Below, in pieces: positions 26,041 to 37,915 of a stretch of DNA of 64,000 nt. A model generated the notes under the pieces. It saw only the letters and a list, made by a program, of their open reading frames with translations, did no database searches and was not told the origin of the DNA. Origin of the DNA: Adineta vaga (taxonomy: Eukaryota; Animalia; Rotifera). The DNA lies in NCBI GenBank assembly GCA_021613535.1, contig CP075496.1, positions 8,680,001-8,744,000 of the forward strand, read 5' to 3'. A program made the position numbers and the translations under genes. Every line of letters begins with the position of its first letter. The first letter of the stretch is position 1.

Positions 26041-27256
26041 TCAATGGATCATATTCAATCGTTTAATTGAATAAGATATATGCTCTATAGTAGAACCTGT
26101 TGCATTAATGACAACATTTAATAAAATTTGTCGTATATGTGGTAAAATATGAAAACGATGTTGACAAATTAAATTTTCATTCAGTAAACAATCTAAACAA
26201 TGAACACCTTTCTTATTCAAGAAAAAAAAAGAACATTTTATTTTGAAATTTTTACTTAAAAAATCGTTTTGTTTCAAATACACCATGTTCTATTCCAATA
26301 CAATAGACTGATAATGACAGGAATGTTATTGCATATTGTTGTTGCTTTATTTCTACAAAAAATTCAGCTTGTCCAGCATTAATCAACTTTGAACGATCAA
26401 TCAATGATCGTTTAATCCAATGTGCTAGAACAACAAGTGGTCGAGTTGCAACAAATGTACAATTGATAATATGTAAAGCATCTAATGGTTGTATAGACCA
26501 TTGTTCTAATGAATTACATGGATTTAAATCGATATGAATATCTTCAATGAATGAAAATGTTCCATTCGATAAAATTGAATGTTCAATCAGAACGTATTTC
26601 ATTTGCATAGAATTGTCATCAAAACTTGCTTTTGTTAAATTAACATTAATAAATTTTACGTAATCCAATTTCACATTACGAAAATTCGTATTTGGTAATG
26701 ATGAATGCTTAACTTTACTTTCTGATATAACTGAATTTTGAAAACTAAGATTATCCATAGGACATGAAATAAAATTTGTTAGATAAAAAGCCGCATTTAT
26801 TAATCTTGCACGACGAAAAGCAACATTTTGAAAAATACAATCTTTACGATCGGTTTCAATTTGATTAAAATCTGCTCCTTCTAATAAACTATGTTTATCT
26901 TCAATTAATAATGAACTTTCTTTCAGGAATAATAAAACATATGTTTTTCGTTTATTATCTAATTTTCTTAATGATGTTAATGTTTTCGTTCGAATATAGA
27001 GCAATTTATCATAATTATTCGTTAGATCTTTAATATTTTCATCACGATAACGTGATATATCATCAATGTAATTAACAAATACATTTTGTCGTTGATCATC
27101 TTCATTTTGTATTAAATCTTGTTCACGATTTTGTCGTGCTATATTACGATTTTGTATTGTTGTTATCAATGTAAATATTGCAACAGCAAGTGGAAGTGCT
27201 AATGATGTTAAAATTTTAATAATTTGAAATGATGTTAAACGTGATTTTGTTGTCAT
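26041..27256 (-). CDS. Pentapeptide-repeat membrane protein
   Basis: N-terminal TM (ILTSLALPLAVAIFTLI), coiled segment, then RTKTLTSLRKLDNKRK..LLFLKE and repeats such as LEGADF, ARLINAAF, TNFRNVKL, VNLTKASF. Probable short intron near 26255-26195 and last exon ending at 26041. Start could be at 27319. Confidence 0.75.
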
Positions 27257-27712
27257 ACGATTTATTTCTTCATGATTATCAGTGTAGTTAGATCTCCAAG
27301 AATGGATATGTCGAAACATTAGAATGGAAAACTCAAAAGTTGAAAAGAGAGAATATCGAATCACCGTCAATATGATTAATCCTTCCTTTCGAAACATAGA
27401 AAGGAAAGTAGTCATCGAATCTCTTTGCATATTTGACTAATATTGATCTTGATTTATATTAACAAGTTTAATTTCAATACGTATTACGTGTTAGAAAAAT
27501 GAACGCATGTTAAAATATAAGTTAACGATGCATACTTTCGTCAATTTTTCATATACTAATTACAGAAAAAAAAAGTTATTAGGTTCATTTTTCCTCATTA
27601 TCACAGCTCTCTTTGTCTCTTTCAATGATATACCATTCGTGCAAAAACGTTTCTCACGCAAACACTTCTTATATATATGAAGACATTCTTATTCTATTAT
27701 CTATCTAAACAA

Positions 27713-28784
27713 ATGTCAACGTCATTTATTGCATCTCTTCTGGATGCTTATCGCGCAGTGATTGTTTATTCGGGAATTCCTATTCTTATTCTTGGTTTAA
27801 TTGGAAATTGTTTGAATACAATTGTATTTCTTAGTTTAAGAACATTTCGACAAAATTCCTGTGCATTTTATTTAACAGTTATGTCTATGGTTAATATTGT
27901 TCAATTGCTAACAGGCTTATTAACACGTATAATGATTACCGGTTTTAATATTGATTGGACACAATCATCATTAATTTATTGCAAATTTCGAACATTTTGT
28001 TTTCAATTAACTTCAGCAATGTCATTTACTTGCATTTGTTTGGCAACAATTGATCAATATTGTGCGACATGTTCACGTCTTCAATGGCAACAATTTAGTC
28101 GTATTAATTTAGCTCGTCGTCTTTTAATTTTAATTATTATTTGTCTATTTATTGAACAAATTCCTTGTATGATTTATTATGAACATAATCAATTAATTTC
28201 AACAGGAAAAGTTATTTGTACGATTACAAATCTATCTTTTATACAATTTAATACATATTTTAATTATCTTATTCTTGGAAATATTTTACCGTATTTAATT
28301 ACGATTTCATTTGGAATTTTAGCATATCGAAATGTTAAAAAATTAGCACATCGAACAATACCACTTGTACGACGTGAATTAGACAAACAGTTAACATCTA
28401 TAGTTCTTATACAAGTCATATTTAATTTCTTTTTTGTTTTTCCATCTTTTATTATGTATATTATTGCTTCATATGGACATATTCAAGAACCTATTGTTGT
28501 AGCACAGATTAATCTAGCTTATGCAATCACACTTTGTTTGTATTTTGTTTATTTTACAGTAAGTTTTGATTGATTTCGATGAGAATTAGTATTATTTCCG
28601 TTTAATTTAGTGTCCTTTTTACATTTATATCACTGTATCTGAAAGATTTCGTCGACAATTAGTTTTTGTTCTTTTCAAAACATATCAAAAGCGATTTCAA
28701 CGGCAACAACAACGAATTGTTCCCGATCAAACAAATCCTCGACCTAAATCGATCAATATGAATTCAATATTGATAAAACAATAA
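27713..28784 (+). CDS. Rhodopsin-like (class A) GPCR
   Basis: Seven hydrophobic segments, GLIGN in TM1, IDQY as the DRY variant. After intron 28559-28610 comes CPFYIY (NPxxY variant) and SERFR. Confidence 0.88.
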
Positions 28785-30116
28785 CAATTGTTAATTGTCT
28801 AATGAATAAACAATCTTCTTTCTATTATTATAACTAATTATGATAACAGTGCGAACAAACATATCTATTTTGAAAAAAAATTTAAAAATAAAACTATCAT
28901 CTATTGTACCGATCAGTTCGAACAAGTTCATGCAACACGTATACTAGGAAACATTGAAATAGGTACTTTTCTACGCTAGGAAAGGACACATTGATAATGA
29001 TTATTCTCATGAGTTGCTTTATACAAAAAAGAAACCTTCAAAGCAATGATATTTTATGTCAGTAATTGAACACTTAGTACAGTAATTTCTAGTTAAAGTT
29101 TTGAATACATAATGCTCAAGTATCTATCACAGAGATACGTTTACGATGAGTTCATCTTTACTTCGTATAAAATCAAATAAACAGAAAATGAGTCGATCAT
29201 GAAATATTATTACACCAATAATAGAACGAAATAAAAGTGATTTATTTTCAAAGAACAATGTTTTAATCACTAAATTCGATTGTAAACATATATCAAGAGT
29301 TGCTTCTTCGTATAGACACAATTACATAATTCGACTAACATTTGAGAATATACAAAAAGACGTCAATGTTTAATACCTTTTGACACTGATTATATTTATA
29401 AATAGTTCAAAGAGAGAGAGAGAGAACAAAAAATGTCGTTGTTTAAATGGGAAAGTACATGCCAATCTGTTTATTGTCTTGCCTAAACTTACTTTAAAAT
29501 AAATCAATTGTCTAAATATGGGATATTATTAAATTCATTGACAATCTTATTTCAATTATCTATCATTACAAGCGTATCTTCTTGTTTTAATTCAAAGATT
29601 AGCTGATTTTATTCTTTTGTTCCCTTTTCCATTATTTAATGATTTTCTATATCTTTCACAATATTATCAATGAAATTTTCCAGATATTAGTATTTCAAAT
29701 TTGATAGCCTATAATCTTTGATTATTTATTACATTTTCGTAAATATTATTGTATCCATGTGCTTTTATATCTAATATTATATTATATCAAAAAACCAAAA
29801 ATCAACGAAATCTCATTGTTTTTCGTCGTATTTTTATGTTTTCCCGAAATTATTTTTTGTCTTCATTTGCATTCAATTGAAATAATTACCATCTAGTAAC
29901 GATATCAATAGTGAGTTGAATAGATGTCGCTTAAATAAATAACAGTGTAATTCCTTTTTTACTAATGGTTCAATTGATTTCACCAATCGAATGCATTCAA
30001 TTTTTACCTTCTTCTTTTTTTTTCATTTTAAATTTTGTAATTGTAATCTCTAGTCTAAATTGAAGAACACTTTCCTAATTGAATTCAAATCTACTATTAA
30101 AGTCCTTGACAATACA

Positions 30117-31041
30117 ATGGAAACAACAACAAATCCAGGCAGTGATGAAGAAATCGCATTAGAAACAAATGATAAAACAGATGATACTTCTCCATCGACA
30201 AAAGATGATGATACAATTAATGTCAATGATAGTCCATTTCATCTACTTGAAGGTCGTTGGACATTTTGGTATACACATCGACCAACTACGTTTCGAAATA
30301 GTGCAGTTAATTATGATTCTTGTTTGAAAAAACTCGGTTTGTTCAAACCATTTCATCTTTCTTTTCTTCGTTTTTCGAATGAATTTCTTTTTCTTTCTCT
30401 AACAACAAACAGGTACATTTGGTTCAATTGAAGAATTCTGGTGCTATTATGATCATATGAAATTTCCTTCCGATCTTCCATTGTATAGGTAGGAGCAATG
30501 TAATGGCTTCTTTTTTTATTCAATTTTCTAGTTTGTTCTCTTCTGTATTCTAGTGATGTTCATCTATTCAAAGAAAATTTAAAACCCATGTGGGAAGAAG
30601 AAGGCAATCGTCTTGGTGGGAAATGGATTTTACGATTGAAAAAAGGTTTATCGACTCGTCTCTGGGAATTACTTGTCTTAGCTATTATTGGAGAACAATT
30701 TAATGTTGGAAAAGAAATATGTGGAATTGTTTGTTCCATTCGACCACAAGAAGATCTAATTAGTATATGGACAAAAACAGCAAATAATCAAACAGTTACA
30801 CAAAGAATTAAAGAAACAATGAAAAAAGTACTTAATTTACCACCAGACTGTAAGTTATTAGAATATATGCAGTAACATTGTTGAATTTCTATAAATAATA
30901 TTTCTCTTCGAATGAAAATTATTTTTTGTATAATAACATTAACTTCAATCGATTGTATTTTTAGGTCCAATGGAATACAAAACTCATAATGATTCTCTAC
31001 GTGATAATTGTAGTTATCGAAATACTGATCGTGTTCGATAA
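30117..31041 (+). CDS. EIF4E2: eIF4E-family cap-binding protein, class II (4EHP)
   Basis: Four exons giving WTFWY, GTFGSIEEFW, HLFKENLKPMWEEEGNRLGGKWILRLKKGL, GEQFNVGKEICG, EDLISIW and LNLPP..MEYKTHNDS. Confidence 0.92.
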
Positions 31042-31215
31042 ATTCATTCCAGATTATTCGCATTTTATGAAAGAGCATGTCTACATAAGATTTTGTTTTT
31101 GGTCTTCAAATACAGATATCATGTCATTTTCGTATCATCTACTTTCTTTGTTTCGAATTATAGTTGTTATTTTTTTTTCTTCTTGTTACTTTCGAAAAAC
31201 TTTCTTCCTTTTCAG

Positions 31216-31569
31216 ATGACTGAACATTTCTTTCAAGCAGCGAATCCATTATGGTATATACCATGTGATGGTGGTCTTTTACTACTTACTATCGTTACAT
31301 TTTCTCCACAAATTCTACCGAATAAATCTTTAGGTTTATTTGGTCAATTTCTCAATTATTTAGCATATAATCATCATTCATTACTTGTATGGATATTTTG
31401 GATTTCAATTTTTCTACATTTATTCGAAGCAGCAATAGCGTGGCGTATATGTCAACGTTTAAATATTGATTCTGAGAATACACGACGATGGATTAGACAA
31501 ACATTATTATTAGGTTATCCTTCGTTAGGTAAATTGAGACAATATGAAGCAAAAAAACGAAAATTATGA
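31216..31569 (+). CDS. TMEM254: TMEM254-like (DUF4499) membrane protein, copy 1
   Basis: MTEHFFQAANPLWY...SLGLFGQF...HLFEA...W..QT..LGYPSL matches the TMEM254 pattern. ATG directly follows ttttcag. Confidence 0.8.
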   Translation: MTEHFFQAANPLWYIPCDGGLLLLTIVTFSPQILPNKSLGLFGQFLNYLAYNHHSLLVWIFWISIFLHLFEAAIAWRICQRLNIDSENTRRWIRQTLLLGYPSLGKLRQYEAKKRKL

Positions 31570-31696
31570 TCAATAGAAATTTGTGCTAAGTTTATGATTT
31601 AATTTTATAATAAAATTCATCAAGAAGTTTTATAATAACGTTTTTGTCTTTTAAGACTTTTGTGATTAAATACATTTTCTTTTCTTCGAATTTTAG

Positions 31697-32038
31697 ATGA
31701 CTAATCGTTTTCAATCACCTCATCTCTTTTGGTGGATCATCATATGTGGTGGAATTAGTATTACATTTCTTCTAGCACATTATCCACACGTGATACCAAT
31801 GAATAGTTTAGGAGTACTTGGTAGTTTCTTATCGTCCCTAGTTGTGAACTATCGTCTTCTTCTAATCCTTACTTTCTGGGCCACTGTTATTGCACATGCT
31901 TATGAAGCATTACTGGCTCGTCATATTTGTCAACAACTTCATATTGATCAAATATCGACTTGTTTGTGGATGATACAAACATTTATACTAGGTTTTCCGT
32001 CACTAATGATACTCAAAGGTTATGTTCGACAACGTTAA
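31697..32038 (+). CDS. TMEM254: TMEM254-like membrane protein, copy 2 (tandem paralog)
   Basis: FQSPHLFWW...IP.NSLGVLG...HAYEA...WMIQTFILGFPSL. ATG directly follows ttttag. Confidence 0.82.
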   Translation: MTNRFQSPHLFWWIIICGGISITFLLAHYPHVIPMNSLGVLGSFLSSLVVNYRLLLILTFWATVIAHAYEALLARHICQQLHIDQISTCLWMIQTFILGFPSLMILKGYVRQR

Positions 32039-32161
32039 TAATTAATACCATATCAGATTACATGTTTTTGTTATTTATGTAATTCAAATTCCGAGAATCA
32101 ATTGATGCAATAATTTAATAGTTTTTTATGTAATTTAATCTAATCGCTTTTTAGATAAAGT

Positions 32162-32655
32162 ATGTCTGCATCATCCAATGACAAACAGGAACAAAAATCA
32201 CCTGCAGTAAAGCTGTCAGATGCTGAATGGAAAGCAAAGTTAACTCCTGATCAATATCGAATATTACGAAAGAAAGATACCGAATATCCCGAAACGGGTG
32301 AATATAATAAACATTATGAAGAAGGTGTGTACAAATGTGCTGGTTGTAATCAAGATCTTTACGAGTAAATAAACAAATGTTTATTAAATTTGAATAATGT
32401 TATGCATAAATTATTAGTTCAACATCGAAATTCGATTCACATTGTGGTTGGCCCGCATTCAGTTCATCAATAGGTACAGCAGTTCGACGAGAAAAAGATA
32501 AAGATGGCCATCGTGTTGAAATTTTATGTGGAAATTGTGATGGACATTTGGGTCATGTTTTTGAGGGTGAAGGTTTACGCGATGCAAATGGTAAACTAGT
32601 TCAACAACGTCATTGTGTTAATTCGGCTTCGTTGAAATTTCAAAAGAAAAACTAA
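32162..32655 (+). CDS. msrB: Peptide methionine-R-sulfoxide reductase MsrB
   Basis: Exons 32162-32364 and 32418-32655 give EWKAKLTPDQYRILR, CAGC, KFDSHCGWPAF, CGNCDGHLGHVF and RHCVNS. Confidence 0.95.
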
Positions 32656-32756
32656 TTTTTATTTATTTGACAACATTTACATTTTCTCTTTCTTTCTATA
32701 AATAGAACGACGTATAAAAGTCTTTAACTACAAAAAAATGAATTCGTTTTTTCTAG

Positions 32757-33446
32757 ATGAAACTTGAAAATAATTCTCTAAAGAAGAAGAAGAAACGAGT
32801 GACGAAAACTTTACCAAAGAATGTTTTCGAAATCATTGGTGAAAGTGGACAACTTGTTGAACGAGTAGATCCAAAGAAGCAAGAAAAACAAGCGAAGAAA
32901 ACACAAGATAAGGAATCAAAACCAACATTCAGTGAACGAACAACAAAACGACGCGTCAGTTTTTTCATTCATTTACAATATTCGATGTTTCTTAGTTTTG
33001 TTTTACTTCTAGAGACGTGATTGGGATGCAATGAATTATGAACCATTTGATATCACACGTAGTCGAGATTTTGAACGAGCATTACAACGAGTAGCTACAC
33101 GTGGTATTGTTCAATTGTTTAACACTGTTCGAAAACAACAACAACAACAGAAACACCATAGTTCGTCGTCGAAAAAAGATAAAAAAGAAACGAACATCAA
33201 TAAAGGAGAATTTCTTGATATGCTCAAAACCATTGATTCCGATGAAGTTTCATGCAAAATTATGAAAAATAATTCATCAATGGTATATACAACTCTTTTA
33301 CAATTTGAATGAAACATAAGAGATAAAAATGTATTTGCTTTTAGTTTGAATCAACAACAAAACCAACAACACCAGTCAGATGGAATGTTCTTCAAGATGA
33401 TCTGATGGCCAGTGTTCAAGACAATGATGATGACGATGATGATTGA
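32757..33446 (+). CDS. RRP15: RRP15-like ribosome biogenesis protein
   Basis: Three exons with ERALQRVATRGIVQLFNTV, FLDMLK, WNVLQDDLM and an acidic tail. Confidence 0.88.
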
Positions 33447-34336
33447 TTGATTGATTGTTCGGTTGTTTGTTGTTTTTGTTATATTCATAATAAATATATG
33501 AATAGAGAATCCTTATAATCAAGGATAGGAAAAATTAGTTTCGACAAAACAAAATCATTGCAAACGTTAATCAATATTGAAACATTACAACAGCACACGA
33601 ACTGTTCAGTTACAAATCAGTTTTCTTTTGTCCCGTTTGTAGATTTAAGCATTCTATCTAAGATGAATTGAACTGACTGATTTTGATCGAACTAATTATT
33701 TCACATCTGAATACTCAGTCATGTCCTTTATTTTATTACTTTTACCATAGAAATATAATGAATACGAATATTTATCTTTGTATTCAAAGCATCAAACAAG
33801 CGTGATTGTCCTATCATGAATTTCTCTAAAAGTCTATTTTCTTCACCTTAACTTGTCTGATGAATACTAAATGTAATAATCAATTTAAAATGATATATTC
33901 GATAAATTTTAGCAAGTTATGTAACAAAAGATTTCAGTCATTCTTCAATATTTCATTTGAATTAGACCCACACCCTCAATAAATTCTAATGGTTCATTAA
34001 ATTATTTTCTTTTGCATTTCACTAATATGTTAATATAATATTCTCAATGTTCGCAAAGTTTACATTTATAATCATTTCTAAAAATATTCGGGGGGAAACG
34101 TTTTAAGGACAATGTGATGATGAATATAAAACTGTTGAGTGACATATGAAAACATGTGTGTCATGATTATTCTTTCTACACATAACATTTTCTATTGGGT
34201 AACAATGACGTTAGAATTCATCATTGTCGTCTTTTAATTTTCTCTTCGCATTCTATGCTTCGTTCGTTCTTTTTTCTTTCTACCATATCAACGTCACTAC
34301 GAAATAAATTGGAGGGAGTGTGTTGACTCAGAGCAA

Positions 34337-34367
<31 letters not shown>

Positions 34368-34390
34368 TAAGAAAGAAAGTAAGAAAGAAA
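34337..34390 (+). repeat. (GAAA)n microsatellite upstream of the vWA gene
   Basis: Run of gaaa units with two gtaa variants. Confidence 0.85.
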
Positions 34391-34483
34391 AAACAACAAT
34401 ACAGCCTATACTAAATACGAATAAGTATTGTATGTATTATAATCGTTAAAGAATACAAAATAATCGATACACAAAATTTGAAT

Positions 34484-36550
34484 ATGTATCCAAATCTCGG
34501 CTCAGGCAATCCACAGCCATCAGCACCACCACCGCCACCATCATCATCATCATCATCAAATCCGTCAACGTTAGCAAATGCAGGTGGATCACAACCTGTT
34601 GGATTTTCGAGTCTAACGGCACAACCATCGAATCAACCTCTACCATATCCACCAGGTCCTCCTCCACCACCATCATCATCATCATACAATAATCCTTATG
34701 CATCAAATAATCAACCATCAAAACCAGGTAACTATTCTTCTTATTCTCTTCCGCACGTTGGACAACAACCTCCACCACCGCCATCGCAACAAGGTTAGTT
34801 GATTATCTATTGTTAGATTATGAAAAATGTAGATTTTTCCTTTAGGAGGCGGTGGTTATCAACAAGGTCCTTATCCACCACAATCAAACCCTTATATAAA
34901 TTCGAATCAACCTTCTGGATATCCAGGAAACCCACAACTACCGCCATCACAATCAACTGGTTAGTCAAATTTCTAGAAAAGTTGTTTTTTTGCGAACATT
35001 TGATTTATTTTAGGTAATGCTGGCTTTCAGAATCCATACGGTTCATCAAATCCATATCAATCACAACAAGGTAAATACCTATATTTATTTAATAAAAAAA
35101 CAAATTATCTGCTCATTTTTAGGTAATCCTAACAATCAGAATTCTTATCGACCAGCAAATCCCTATCCACCACAACAAGGTAAATTAAATAAAAAATAAT
35201 TAATTGAATATTCAGAATGATTTCTATAATATATTCTAAAATTATATTTTAGGTAATGCTGGTTATCAGAATCCATATTCATCGCAACAAGGTAAATTTT
35301 CGTTTGACAGTTTTTTGCAAAACAATTCATGATAATTTCAGGTAATTTTCCTCCACAACAACCACCTCCATATAATCAACAGCAACAGCCGCCTTATAAT
35401 CAGCAACAGCAACCACCGCCATATCAAAATTCACAACAATTTCCAGGTAAAAATTCCATTCTATCTCTAACGAATGCTTGTTTAAAAAGTCGATTTGCTC
35501 TGAAAGACTTTCATTATATACTAATGCTTTATATAATTCAAGCTGTTCTCTGTAATAGGAGGTTATGGAGGCTACTCACCCTATAATCAACAACCACCAC
35601 AACAACAATCCTATCAGAATGCTCAAAATGCTTATCCACCACAAGGCCAGTGATCATCGTATATTATCTTTAGTATATATCTTCTAAATGTTGTTTTGTT
35701 TTTAGGTGGAGGTTATAATGCCAACTCCTTTGGAGCAGCAGGACCTGGTAAGTTTTATTTGAAAAATGGACTAAAAATAAGAAATCTGAGTTGAAATTAT
35801 TTAGTTAATGAGCGTCTTCGTTCAATAGCAGCTCGATATGAAATTAATGATCAATTAGCTCAACGTATGAATATTCTTCAACAGTTCGAAATCGTTGTTC
35901 TTTGTGACGATTCTGGTTCGATGAATACACCTGTTGATGGAACACAAGGAACACGATGGGATGAACTACGATCTATCATACAAATCGTTATAGAAATTGG
36001 CACTGTATTTGATTCCAATGGTGTTGATGTTCATTTTCTCAATCGTCCACCTATGCCTAATGTTACAGATAATCGACAAGTTATGGAATCTTTCAGTCAA
36101 CGTCCTGGTGGTTTAACACCATTAACACCGGCTTTACGACGTATATTTCAGTCAGCAGCAAGTCGACCAGGTAGTGATAAACGTCTACTTGTATTTGTTG
36201 CCACGGATGGAGCACCGACAGATCCTAATGGTAATGTTGATATACAAGGCTTAGAAAATTTAATGCGTAATGAACGTCAAGCAAATACAACATATGTTAC
36301 ATTTCTTGCATGTACAGATGATGAATCAAGTGTAGCATATTTATCACAATGGGATCGAAATATGATGAATGTTGATGTTGTAGATGATTATAAAAGTGAA
36401 CGAGAAGAAGTTCGTCGTATACGTGGACCAAATTTTCCATTTTCCTTTGGAGATTATGTTGCAAAAGCATTGCTCGGTGCCGTGGATTCATCAATGGATC
36501 AACTCGATGAATCAGGAAATAATAATAATAATAATTATCGTCGATTTTAA
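34484..36550 (+). CDS. vWA-domain protein with Pro/Gln/Tyr-rich low-complexity N-terminus, 9 exons
   Basis: Exons 34484-34793, 34846-34959, 35014-35070, 35123-35179, 35253-35291, 35342-35446, 35559-35645, 35706-35747, 35805-36550. MIDAS elements DDSGSM, TPL and ATDG are present. Confidence 0.88.
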
Positions 36551-36994
36551 TTGATTAACATTTTTTTCTCATGTTCTTTACAAAATTCAAATCAATTATA
36601 ACACACATTTTCGAACAAATTACAATTCTACACAAATCATTAATGTTTATTCATATTTCACTTTTATCTTCAGAAAAAAATAAATAATTATGAAAGAAAA
36701 ACATGCCTCTAATCGTATTGAATGAATCGTTTTAGTACCATATCAAACGTATTCTTAATATTAAGTCATAGAAATTCAATCATAAAAGTTCATCTTTTAG
36801 AATCTTATTTTTCTTCAAAACGTATGAAATCATCATTGTTGTATCAATATTTTTTTTGATAAAAACATAATTTCTATTTACCTAGCTTTCACAACCAATG
36901 AGTAACGTATAAAAGAACATTACACTTCTACTTTTCATCGTTCTTTCATATTTATAAAAACACGTAAGACGGTATAAAAATTGTTATTATTAAA

Positions 36995-37915
36995 ATGCAT
37001 GCTACGAATATAAAAAGTGCAGGTTTAAAATATCTAAACGGTTTACAACTTGATGACCTTTGTCAATTACAAGATGAATTAAATATAGCATGGAAAAATG
37101 GCCAGTCAGTCGTTTCAAATGCAATCTACGATAAAATATCAGATAGTATTCAGTATGAAACAACACAATTAAAAACTGATCCATACAATTTTGCTATGAA
37201 GAAAACAGATGGTGAATTGAAAAAATTGATTGATTTTCTAACACAAATTCACGCACAAGGAAGACCATTAGTTGATAATTCAATATGGGATACTTTAAAT
37301 CGAGAATTAAATTTAAGAAATTTAATAAATATAAATTCATTGCTAACATATCCTTCGATATGGATCGGAATGTCCTTGACAGAAACACCTATTCAATTCA
37401 TTTCTTTATCACGAACATCACAAGAATTTCAAGATCTTTCAAAATTCTTCTCGTTATCTCTTGGTCAATCTTCCGTTGTTATCTATTCTATTACTCGTAT
37501 TCAAAATCTTCGACTGTGGTATATTTTTCAACAATTACTTCAAAGTTTTCCGAAGAATATTCAACGTCTTATTCATGGAACAGCATCATCAACTCATCAA
37601 AAACTAATTATGCATCATGGTTTCTGTCATAGTTTTTGTCCAAATGGTGCTATTGGTGATGGAGTTTATTTTGCAGTTAATGCATCTTATTCAAATAATG
37701 ATCCATATGTGTTAAAAAGAACTAATCATCGACGAGAATTATTTATTTGTCAAGTTTTATTAGGTAATTCAACAAAAGGTAATCTGGGATTAAAATCGAT
37801 ACCGAACGGTTATCATTCAGTATTTCATCAAGAAGGATTACTAAATAATATGTTCTGTATTTTTAATTCATATCAAGCATATCCAGAATATATTGTTCAA
37901 TATGATTATGCATAA
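36995..37915 (+). CDS. PARP-family (probably mono-) ADP-ribosyltransferase with an unusual duplicated N-terminal motif, intronless
   Basis: ITRIQNLRLW, LIHGT, GDGVYFAVNASYS, LFICQVLLG and QAYPEY are PARP catalytic-domain hallmarks. No obvious catalytic Glu (NNMFCIF). Confidence 0.85.
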   Translation: MHATNIKSAGLKYLNGLQLDDLCQLQDELNIAWKNGQSVVSNAIYDKISDSIQYETTQLKTDPYNFAMKKTDGELKKLIDFLTQIHAQGRPLVDNSIWDTLNRELNLRNLININSLLTYPSIWIGMSLTETPIQFISLSRTSQEFQDLSKFFSLSLGQSSVVIYSITRIQNLRLWYIFQQLLQSFPKNIQRLIHGTASSTHQKLIMHHGFCHSFCPNGAIGDGVYFAVNASYSNNDPYVLKRTNHRRELFICQVLLGNSTKGNLGLKSIPNGYHSVFHQEGLLNNMFCIFNSYQAYPEYIVQYDYA

